NCBI RefSeq assembly: GCF_035314665.1
Contig: NZ_DATFZD010000137.1
Location: 4,617 to 68,616 of the forward strand
Length of the DNA: 64,000 bases
DNA from: Mycobacterium sp.
GTDB lineage: Bacteria > Actinomycetota > Actinomycetes > Mycobacteriales > Mycobacteriaceae
Direction of reading: 5' to 3'
The position numbers and the translations under genes were made by a program. This document shows, piece after piece, positions 29,514-37,783 of the stretch. The notes beneath the pieces are model-generated. The model saw only the letters and a list, made by a program, of their open reading frames with translations. It made no database searches and was not told the origin of the DNA. The stretch's first letter is position 1. Every line of letters starts with the position of its first letter.

Positions 29514-30710
29514 ATGACCAAGAAGACGACTCAATCACCAACCGCCCAACTCGATTTATCCGACGTCGATCACCGGGTGGGCAAGCCGATCGGCGGCGGC
29601 CAGTTGTGGGACCCGTGTAGCTCATCCGACATCCGGCGCTGGGTGATGGCGATGGATTACCCCAATCCGCTGCACTGGGACGAGCAGTTCGCCCGCGACT
29701 CGAAGTACGGCGGCATAGTCGCACCGCAGTCCATCGCGGTGGCCCTCGACTACGGGCACGGCGCAGCGCCGGCGTGCGTGGGCCATATTCCGAACAGCCA
29801 CTTGATCTTCGGTGGCGAGGAATGGTGGTTCTACGGCTGTCCGGTACGGCCCGGGGACAAGCTGTTCCAGGAGCGCCGGTTCCACGACTACAAGGTGACA
29901 GAGACGAAGTTCGCCGGCCCGACGATGTTCTCCCGCGGTGACACCGTCCACACCAACCAGCACGGCACCCTGGTGGCGCGCGAACGTTCCACCGCGATCC
30001 GCTATCTCTACGATGAAGCGACCAAGCGCGGGATGTTTGAAAATCAGCTTGGCGAGATCAAACGGTGGACGCAAACCGAGCTCGAGGAAGTCGAGAGGCT
30101 GCGGCGTGAGTGGCTCGAGTCCAACCGCATGGGCGTCTCGCCGCGCTTCGATGAGGTAAAGGTTGGCGATACATTGCCTCGTCGGGTGATCGGCCCGCAC
30201 AGCATCGCCAGTTTCACCACCGAATACCGGGCGTTCCTGTTCAACATCTGGGGCACCTTCGAGTGGGTGGCGCCGCCGGGCATTAAGGATCCGTGGGTCT
30301 ATCAGGATCCGGGCTGGGGCAAGGACTTCGCTTTCGACGAAGAAGACGCGAAGATCGATCCGCGCAAGCGCGACGGGCTCTATGTCGGCCCATCGCGCGG
30401 GCATATCGATGCCGAACGGGCCAGCGAAGTCGGCATGGCGCGCGCCTATGGGTATGGCGCAACGATGGGCGCGTGGTGCACTGACTATCTCGCATATTGG
30501 GCCGGCCACGATGGGATGGTGCGCCATTCCAAGGCCGACTTCCGTACGCCCGCGTTCGAGGGTGACGTGACCCATTTCGATGCCGAAATCGTGGAAAAGC
30601 AAGCGGAATCGACCTGGGGTGTGCCGCTCGTGCAGGTGAAGCTGCGCCTGACCAACCAGAACGGAGAAATGCTGGTGGGCTGTACGGCCGAGGTCGAACT
30701 GCCGTTGTAG
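29514..30710 (+). CDS. Double-hotdog MaoC/FAS1-like dehydratase
   Basis: IRRWVMAMDYPNPLHWD...GGIVAP, then a second hotdog domain (FDEVKVGDTLP). Confidence 0.8.
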   Translation: MTKKTTQSPTAQLDLSDVDHRVGKPIGGGQLWDPCSSSDIRRWVMAMDYPNPLHWDEQFARDSKYGGIVAPQSIAVALDYGHGAAPACVGHIPNSHLIFGGEEWWFYGCPVRPGDKLFQERRFHDYKVTETKFAGPTMFSRGDTVHTNQHGTLVARERSTAIRYLYDEATKRGMFENQLGEIKRWTQTELEEVERLRREWLESNRMGVSPRFDEVKVGDTLPRRVIGPHSIASFTTEYRAFLFNIWGTFEWVAPPGIKDPWVYQDPGWGKDFAFDEEDAKIDPRKRDGLYVGPSRGHIDAERASEVGMARAYGYGATMGAWCTDYLAYWAGHDGMVRHSKADFRTPAFEGDVTHFDAEIVEKQAESTWGVPLVQVKLRLTNQNGEMLVGCTAEVELPL

Positions 30711-30712
30711 TC

Positions 30713-32416
30713 ATGGGCGAGGAGACGGGTTCGCAAGCCGCACAAGGGCTTTCGATCATATCCGGGCCGCCCCTTGCGGATGAGCCTGGGCTGGGGTCGC
30801 TCACGCTGCCGGGCTTCCTGCGCGACGTGACGCAGATGTACGGCGAGCGCGAAGCTCTGGTATGGCGCACCGCCGACGGCGCCACGCGCTGGACGTATGC
30901 GCAGCTCTGGGAAAGTGCGATCGAGGTGGCGGGTGCGCTGCGGGCGTGTGGCGTGGGCAAGGACGCCCGCGTCGGCGTTTTGATGACGAACCGGCCGGAA
31001 TGGCTTGCCGCGGTGTTCGGCACGGCGCTGGCCGGCGGGGTGGCCGTAACCCTCAGTACGTTTTCCACACTGCCCGAATTGGATTACCTGATCCGGGCCT
31101 CCGCCGTTTCGGTGCTATTGTTCGAGCGCTCAGTGCTGACAAAGGACTTCGCGGCCATCCTGGGTGAGCTGGAACCGGCGATCGGCACGTCGCGGCCGGG
31201 CACACTGGAATCGGCGAAATACCCCTTTCTGCGCCGGCTCGCACTACTGGGCGAACCGCTGCCGGGCATCGAAGCCTGGGACGAGTTTCTGGCGCACGGC
31301 CACTCGGAGCCCCGCGCAGTGGTCGAGGCGACCGCCGCCGCGGTGCTTCCCAGCGATGCCGCGGCGTTGTTCTTCTCGTCTGGCTCCACCAGCAAGCCGA
31401 AGGGCGTCCTCAGCGCGAATCGCGCGGTGGGCATCCAGTTGTGGCGCTTCCGGCGGATGTACGGGTTCAGCCCTAACGACCACGTTCGCGGCTGGACCGC
31501 CAACGGCTTTTTCTGGTCCGGCAATTTCACGATGGTGCTCGGATCTACCTTGGCCAGCGGCGGATCCCTCGTCTTGCAATCGACGTTCGACGCCGCAGAG
31601 GCGCTTGAGCTCATCCAAGCCGAAAGGGTGAACTTTCCGTTCGCGTGGCCCCACCAGTGGGCCCAGTTGGAAGGCGCACCTAACTGGGGCCAAGCGGACT
31701 TGAGCAGCGTGAGATTCGCGGATTTCAAGACCCCGATCGCACACCATCCCACGGTTTCGGGCGAGTGGCACGAACCCGGCCATGCCTACGGCAACACGGA
31801 AACATTCACGATCACAACCGGTTACCCGGCCAACACTCCGCCCGAAGTCCATGCGGACAGCTTCGGGGTGGCGCTGCCCGGTGTGACACTCAAGATCACC
31901 GATCCGCTGACTGGGGACATCGTCCGGCGCGGCGAGGCGGGCGAAATCAGCGTCAAGGGGCCCACGCTCATGCTCGGCTATATCGGCACTCCACTTGACG
32001 AGACTCTCGACGGCGAGGGGTTCTTCCCTACCGGCGACGGTGGCTATCTCGATGACGCCGGCCGACTCTACTGGCAAGGCAGGCTCACCGACATCATCAA
32101 GACCGGCGGTGCCAATGTCTCGCCACGCGAGGTTGATGAGGCCCTCATCGCCCATTCCGGCGTAAAGGTGGCACAGACCGTCGGCGTTCCGCACCAAACG
32201 CTCGGAGAGGTCGTGGTGTCCTGCGTCGTGCCGCACAATGACGTGATCCTTGACGCCGAGCAGCTCCTCGCGTTCCTGCGGCAGCGATTGGCGAGCTACA
32301 AGGTGCCGCGCCATTTGCTGTTTTTTGGCGAGGACCAAGTGGCGCTGACGGGCACTGCCAAAATCAAGGCCGGCGAGCTTCGGGAACTAGCGGCCAAGCG
32401 GCTGGCCGGCAACTGA
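30713..32416 (+). CDS. Acyl-CoA synthetase (AMP-binding)
   Basis: FSSGSTSKPKG, YGNTE, TGD, LASYKVP. Confidence 0.88.
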   Translation: MGEETGSQAAQGLSIISGPPLADEPGLGSLTLPGFLRDVTQMYGEREALVWRTADGATRWTYAQLWESAIEVAGALRACGVGKDARVGVLMTNRPEWLAAVFGTALAGGVAVTLSTFSTLPELDYLIRASAVSVLLFERSVLTKDFAAILGELEPAIGTSRPGTLESAKYPFLRRLALLGEPLPGIEAWDEFLAHGHSEPRAVVEATAAAVLPSDAAALFFSSGSTSKPKGVLSANRAVGIQLWRFRRMYGFSPNDHVRGWTANGFFWSGNFTMVLGSTLASGGSLVLQSTFDAAEALELIQAERVNFPFAWPHQWAQLEGAPNWGQADLSSVRFADFKTPIAHHPTVSGEWHEPGHAYGNTETFTITTGYPANTPPEVHADSFGVALPGVTLKITDPLTGDIVRRGEAGEISVKGPTLMLGYIGTPLDETLDGEGFFPTGDGGYLDDAGRLYWQGRLTDIIKTGGANVSPREVDEALIAHSGVKVAQTVGVPHQTLGEVVVSCVVPHNDVILDAEQLLAFLRQRLASYKVPRHLLFFGEDQVALTGTAKIKAGELRELAAKRLAGN

Positions 32417-32447
32417 GCCGGGCCGGCCCACCATCAAGGAGGTTGCA

Positions 32448-33608
32448 ATGAAGTGTCGTGCCGCTGTGCTGCGCGGGGTCGGCGAGGACTGGGAGATCCG
32501 CGAGGTGGAGCTAGACCCGCCACGCGACGGTGAAGTCCTGGTGCGCATGGCCGTTGCCGGCGTTTGCCACTCCGATGACCATCTGATCACCGGCGACGTG
32601 GTGCCGACCCCCGAGGTGCTGGCCGCGACCGGCATGCCTGCACCGGACTGGTTCCCGTTGCTTGGTGGTCACGAGGGCGCTGGTGTCGTCGACGAGATCG
32701 GGCCGGGCGTGACGACGGTGCAGCCCGGGGATCACGTGGCGATGTCGTTCATTCCCGCGTGCGGTAATTGCCGGTTTTGTGTCAGCGGTCAGAGCTACAT
32801 CTGCGATTCCGGCGCGAGCCTGTTCGTGCGAGAGATGCCCACCGACGGAACGTGCCGCCGGCATCTCGGCGACGAAAACCTCTTGGCCTATGGTCAACTC
32901 GGCACGTTCGCGGAATATGCGGTGCTGACGGAAAGGTCCGTCATCAAGATCGACGACGGTATCCCGTTCCATGCCGCCTCACTCGTCTCGTGCGGTGTCA
33001 GCACCGGTTGGGGCTCGGCGACGGTCTCGGCAGGCACCGAGCCCGGTGACACCGTCGTCGTCATCGGAACCGGCGGTGTCGGAATGAACGCCCTGCAAGG
33101 AGCGCGCGCGGCTGGCGCAACCTATATCGTTGCGGTAGATCCGGTTGAGTACAAACGTGATTCGTCCAAGATCTTCGGTGCCACGCATGCCGTCGCCTCC
33201 GCGGAGGATGCGATACCACTGGTGAAAGACATCACCGCCGGCGTGATGGCCGACCGCGTCATCTTGACTCCTGGTGTTCTGCACGTGGACTTGATCGCGT
33301 TGGCGATGATTCTGCTTCGCAAGGGCGGGACGTGCGTCGCCACCGGCATCACCCCTTACAGTGAGCCCCTGGTTCCGCTGATCCTGCAGGAGATGGTGCT
33401 CTCGGCCAAGCAACTCAAGGGAGTGCTTTACGGCGGGATGAATCCGCGCACCAGCGTGCCGAAGCTGTTGTCGATGTATCAGGCCGGCGTGGTGAAACTC
33501 GACGAGCTGGTCACCCGGCACTACCAGCTCGACCAGATCAACGAGGCGTTCGCGGACCTGCGCGAAGGACGCAACATTCGCGGCATCATCGATTTCGCTG
33601 GCCACTGA
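32448..33608 (+). CDS. Zn-dependent NDMA-type (nicotinoprotein) alcohol dehydrogenase
   Basis: CHSD, GHEGAG, CxxCxxCx7C, CGVSTGWGSA. AAGGAGG RBS. Confidence 0.85.
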   Translation: MKCRAAVLRGVGEDWEIREVELDPPRDGEVLVRMAVAGVCHSDDHLITGDVVPTPEVLAATGMPAPDWFPLLGGHEGAGVVDEIGPGVTTVQPGDHVAMSFIPACGNCRFCVSGQSYICDSGASLFVREMPTDGTCRRHLGDENLLAYGQLGTFAEYAVLTERSVIKIDDGIPFHAASLVSCGVSTGWGSATVSAGTEPGDTVVVIGTGGVGMNALQGARAAGATYIVAVDPVEYKRDSSKIFGATHAVASAEDAIPLVKDITAGVMADRVILTPGVLHVDLIALAMILLRKGGTCVATGITPYSEPLVPLILQEMVLSAKQLKGVLYGGMNPRTSVPKLLSMYQAGVVKLDELVTRHYQLDQINEAFADLREGRNIRGIIDFAGH

Positions 33609-33897
33609 ACCGCCGGGGCACAAAACTCTGTAAACCCGCGGGTACAGGATCGCTTCCGTCAGACGGTTTGGGAACCCACACTGGGCGCTGACACAGAAGC
33701 CGCCGAAAGCCGCGGCACGGCTCGGCATAGTTCAGCTTTACCGCGTCGTGTCTCCCGCTGATGCGGTCTGGGCGCACCTAAACTGACGGCTTAACCGGCA
33801 GGGAGGGCATCGACGCATCGGCGGCAACTACGGCTCCGGCCAGGCGAGTGGCCGGAGCGCTGCAACGGCGAACAAGGAACCGGCCGGGGTCTACCCC

Positions 33898-35970
33898 GCG
33901 CCGGTTCGCTCTGCTCGGCGTCCCCGATGGGTTGCTCCGCCGGTTACCCGCCCGAGCACCACTAGACGTAGCGACGGTGATGGACGGTCGACGCGCCGTC
34001 TCGGTATTCCCGCACTTGATGGCGTGCGTGCGGTGGCAGTCACACTGGTGCTCGCCGACCATGGTGGCATTCCCGGCATGGGGGGCGGATTCCTGGGTGT
34101 CGACGTGTTTTTCGTGCTCAGCGGTTTCCTGATCACCTCGCTGCTACTCGACGAGCTGGGCCGAACCGGCCGTATTGACCTGGGTGACTTCTGGATTCGG
34201 CGTGCCCGCCGGCTGCTGCCGGCGCTGGTGCTGATGGTGCTGACCGTGGCCGTCGGGCGCCAATTCTTCCCACCCGAGGCCGTCGCCCGGTTGCGCGATG
34301 ACGCCGTCGCCGCCTTCTTCTGGGTGGCCAACTGGATGTTCGTCGCCGACAAGACCGACTATTTCAGTCAGGGGGCTCCGCCGTCACCGTTGCAGCACGC
34401 ATGGTCGCTCGGCGTCGAGGAGCAGTACTACATCGTCTGGCCGCTGCTGCTGGTCGCGGTGGCGGTGGTGTTGGCCGCACGCGCGCGTCGTCGGCAGGGG
34501 TGGGCCACGGTGGGCGGGGTCCGCTTCACGGTGTTCCTGCTGGCCGTGTTCGGCGCACTGGGGTCCGCCGCGGCGGCCATCCTGCTCGCGTCCAACGCCA
34601 CTCGTGACCGGGTTTACTTCGGCACCGATACCCGAGCACAGGCACTGTTGGTAGGTGCCGCCGCGTCGGCTCTGTTGGTGCGCGATTGGTCGGCGTTGAA
34701 CCGCGGATGGTCGCTGATCCGGACCCGGTGGGGGAAATGGACCGCACGGGTGCTGCCGGTCATCGGGTTGGCGTTGTTGGGGGCGGCCACCCATTACGCC
34801 ACCGGCAGCGCGCGCGAGTTCCACGAAGGTCTGCTGATTGCGGTGGCAATCGCGGCGATGCTGGTGATCGCGCCGGTGGCGCTCGACCAGCGCGGACCCG
34901 TCGCTGCCGTGCTGGCGTGGCGTCCGCTCGCCTGGCTGGGCACCATCTCCTACGGCGTCTATCTATGGCACTGGCCGATCTTTCTGGTACTCAACGGCGA
35001 GCGCACTGGCTGGTCTGGGCTCTCGTTGTTCGGTGTCCGGTGCGCCGCCACGCTGGCGGTGGCAGGCGTGTCGTGGTGGGTGATCGAACGGCCGGTCCGG
35101 AGATGGCGACCGGTGCTGGTGCCGTTGTTGCCGCTGGCCGGGGCGACCGCCGCGACCGCTGCCGCGGTGACGCTGCTGGTGGTCCCGGTCAGTCCCAGGC
35201 CCGGCGTCGGACCACTGAGCGGCAGCCTGCCCCCTGGCGTGTCGTCGGTCGCCGTCGTTTCGCCGTCCCCGCCGAAGGGACCCACACCGGCGCGCGCCGT
35301 CGCGCAGCGAGATCCGCGGCGACCATTCACCGTGTCGGTCTTCGGTGACTCGATCGGCTGGACGTTGATGCATTTCCTCCCGTCGACGCCGGGGTTCGAT
35401 TTCGTCGATCACACCGTCATCGGCTGCAGCTTGGTGCGTGGCGGCCCATACAGCTATCTCGGCCAGACATTGGATCAGAAGAGCGAATGTGAGTCGTGGC
35501 CGGGCAGATGGAGATCGGAGATCGCCGCCGACCGGCCCGACGCCATACTGCTGATCGTTGGCCGCTGGGAAACCGTGGACCGGGTCAACGAGGGACGGTG
35601 GACCCACATCGGTGACCCCGCCTTCGACGCGTATCTGACCGGTGAATTGGGGCGCGCGGTCGACATTCTCAGCGCCGGCAGTGCCCCGCTGACCGTTGCT
35701 AACCTGCCCTACAGCCGGCGGGGTGAACGCCCGGACGGGAGCCTGTGGCCGGAGGATCAACCCGAGCGGGTCAAAGAATGGAACACGTTGTTGAGCCGGA
35801 CAATCGGCCAACGCGCGGGCGTGCGGATACTGGACCTGAAGAAAAAGCTCTGCCCGGAAGGTGTCTACACCGCCTCGGTCGACGGCGTCCAGGTCCGCAG
35901 CGACGGCGTGCACCTAACCCAAGAAGGCGTGAGTTGGCTCACGCCATGGCTCGAGAAATCGCTCAGATAG
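33898..35970 (+). CDS. Acyltransferase-3/SGNH fusion (Rv0111 orthologue); start codon atypical
   Basis: IPALDGVRAVAV, GVDVFFVLSGFLIT, WSLGVEEQYY, FGDS and DGVH. First canonical start is 34024, but similarity extends to 33898. Confidence 0.85.
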   Translation, partial: APVRSARRPRWVAPPVTRPSTTRRSDGDGRSTRRLGIPALDGVRAVAVTLVLADHGGIPGMGGGFLGVDVFFVLSGFLITSLLLDELGRTGRIDLGDFWIRRARRLLPALVLMVLTVAVGRQFFPPEAVARLRDDAVAAFFWVANWMFVADKTDYFSQGAPPSPLQHAWSLGVEEQYYIVWPLLLVAVAVVLAARARRRQGWATVGGVRFTVFLLAVFGALGSAAAAILLASNATRDRVYFGTDTRAQALLVGAAASALLVRDWSALNRGWSLIRTRWGKWTARVLPVIGLALLGAATHYATGSAREFHEGLLIAVAIAAMLVIAPVALDQRGPVAAVLAWRPLAWLGTISYGVYLWHWPIFLVLNGERTGWSGLSLFGVRCAATLAVAGVSWWVIERPVRRWRPVLVPLLPLAGATAATAAAVTLLVVPVSPRPGVGPLSGSLPPGVSSVAVVSPSPPKGPTPARAVAQRDPRRPFTVSVFGDSIGWTLMHFLPSTPGFDFVDHTVIGCSLVRGGPYSYLGQTLDQKSECESWPGRWRSEIAADRPDAILLIVGRWETVDRVNEGRWTHIGDPAFDAYLTGELGRAVDILSAGSAPLTVANLPYSRRGERPDGSLWPEDQPERVKEWNTLLSRTIGQRAGVRILDLKKKLCPEGVYTASVDGVQVRSDGVHLTQEGVSWLTPWLEKSLR

Positions 35971-35976
35971 TGGCGG

Positions 35977-36637
35977 CTATGTGCCGACGCGGCAGCTGAT
36001 TTCCATGCTGTCGCTCTCGCGGGCGGCGAAATTGACGCTCACGTATCCGTTCTCGGCGTTGCGGACGTGGTCGAGGTAGGGCTTCGCGTCGGCCATCTCC
36101 GTGTTGTCGGCGACGACGAGGGCGCCCGATGACAGACGTGGTTCGAGCAGCTTGATCACCGGAACGTACAGCTCCTTCCAGCCGTCGAGCAGCACGAAAT
36201 CGACCGCTCCATCCAGATCGGCAAGCGTGGAAAGCGCAGTCACCTTCAAGGATGGTGATCAGGTCGTCCAGCCCGGTCTCGGCGAATGTCTTTTTCGCGG
36301 CGGCGATCTTGTCGGCGCTGAGCTCAGTGGTCAGCACCCGGCCGCTGCCGTTGTCGCGCACGCCCGACGCCAGATGAAGCGCCGAAATGCCAAACGACAT
36401 ACCGAATTCCACGATGGTCGCGGGACGCGTCGCGCGCACCAACGAGTACAGCAGCCGCCCGGCCTCCGGAGTCACCGGGATGTAGAAAGTGCTCATCGCG
36501 TCGGCACGTTCCTGCGCGGTCCGCGTTTTAGACATCTGATCGCGCATATCGCGCAGCTTCGGCGTTTGTTCCCTTGTCTCGGCGTACATCCGATCAAGGG
36601 CTGCTGCGACTCGCTGATCCTGCAATGTGGTGGACAT
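35977..36637 (-). pseudogene. O-methyltransferase, frameshifted
   Basis: IVEFGMSFGIS...ILEGD lies in one frame and ALSTL...FVLLDGWK...VVADN in another. One extra base at ~36238. Confidence 0.8.
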
Positions 36638-36765
36638 ACGTCGAGCCTAGGTGGCCGCGACCGAAAGTGGTGTGGCCCTATGGCCGGGACCCGCGGTGGA
36701 CTCCCGCCGCGTGCGTTCTGATCTGCGCCGGTGCTGTGCTGACGTTAAGTATTTTTCGATCATGT

Positions 36766-36794
36766 TTGACCTGCACCGCTTCTGGTGCCAGGAT
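36766..36794 (+). promoter_or_regulatory. Putative sigma-A promoter for the M-box leader
   Basis: TTGACC-N17-CAGGAT, ending ~8 nt before the aptamer. Confidence 0.45.
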
Positions 36795-36802
36795 GGACTG
36801 GC

Positions 36803-36972
36803 AAGCACCTCGGTAGGTGAGGCGTCTGCACGGATATAGGCCACTGACCCCGAACGTCGAGAGATGCCCCGGGTCAGGACAGCTCTTCCCGGACTAAGGG
36901 TTGAGCCCAAGTGGCTTCCGGACGAAAATCCGGATACGCCGTGCAGTGCCGAAGCTCCGACGAGGGGGTGCA
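36803..36972 (+). ncRNA. M-box (ykoK leader) Mg2+ riboswitch
   Basis: TAGGTGAGGC...GGATATAGGCCACTGACC...GTCGAGAGA...GGGTCAGGACAG...TAAGG...AAGTGGC...GTGCCGAAGCTC..ACGAGG matches the recalled mycobacterial ykoK consensus. Upstream of an Nramp-like transporter. Confidence 0.92.
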
Positions 36973-37067
36973 GGTTCGTTCGCCAGCCGGCGGGCTCCAC
37001 ACCCCTCCATGTGCGTGCACTGGGTGACACCCGCGTGTGTCCTGGCCGTGAGGAGGTGATGGGCGAA

Positions 37068-37148
37068 ATGAGTCCGAGCGACAGTCCGCATCCGTATTCG
37101 AAATCCGTTTCGTCCCGATCCGTTCGCGGCATTCCTTCTGCTGCCTGA
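37068..37148 (+). CDS. Putative uORF peptide (26 aa, MSPSDSPHPYSKSVSSRSVRGIPSAA)
   Basis: Perfect AGGAGG at 37051-37056 directly downstream of the riboswitch. Confidence 0.5.
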   Translation: MSPSDSPHPYSKSVSSRSVRGIPSAA

Positions 37149-37317
37149 GCCTTTCTCGGACGCGACTTTTGTTGGGCCTGCGCGTAACTGGTGCGTAGGG
37201 TAGCGACGCGTGCGCGAAATTCTTCGGCGGCTCGAAATGTCTTGCGGTACCGATTGGGCTTCCCACAGGAGACGATCATGGAACTTGTTGTCTCACAGCC
37301 AGATCAAAGGGGCAGCC

Positions 37318-37659
37318 ATGGCACGGCCTAATCCCGAACGGCAGATCCACCGGGCGTGCGGAGACGTCCGTGCAGCCCTTATCGAAGCACTGGAGCTGCT
37401 CACAGTAAGTTCAGCAAGCAGCGTTCCCCAGGCCACCTGCGACGACATGTTCAAGGCCTTCAGCAACTTGGGGCGTGTCCAGCGTCACGTCGCCGTTGCG
37501 TTGCATGCCACCAACTTGCTCGACCAGATGGTGGGCCTCCCGGAAGAGCAGCGTCCACCCTGGTCGTATTACCGCAGCCGAGTTGGCAAGAAGCCGCTAT
37601 ATGTCGTGAACTCCGCCGAAGGTGATCACGGCATCGCCAGGCGGGCATCCGCCTCCTAG
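37318..37659 (+). CDS. Hypothetical protein (113 aa) in the M-box leader operon
   Basis: AAAGGGG RBS. ORF lies between the riboswitch and the transporter; helical-looking N-terminus. Confidence 0.55.
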   Translation: MARPNPERQIHRACGDVRAALIEALELLTVSSASSVPQATCDDMFKAFSNLGRVQRHVAVALHATNLLDQMVGLPEEQRPPWSYYRSRVGKKPLYVVNSAEGDHGIARRASAS

Positions 37660-37783
37660 CGCGCCGCACCGCTGTCGACACGCCGCGCATGCGCACTGCG
37701 TCGCGCGACGTATCCGGCCGCCCGAAAGCTGTCGCGTCCGCGAAACTCCGACATTCCAACCCTTTCCAGAGAGCGAGAGGCTG

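Noticed and set aside
33625-33650. Palindrome ACCCGCGGGT after the ADH gene
   Set aside because: Short, GC-only core with no U-tract. Insufficient for a terminator or operator call.
36647-37279. 210-aa and 130-aa minus-strand ORFs and a 94-aa plus ORF spanning the aptamer
   Set aside because: They overlap the M-box and lack coding signatures. Only the RBS-led 3' part (37068-37148) was retained.
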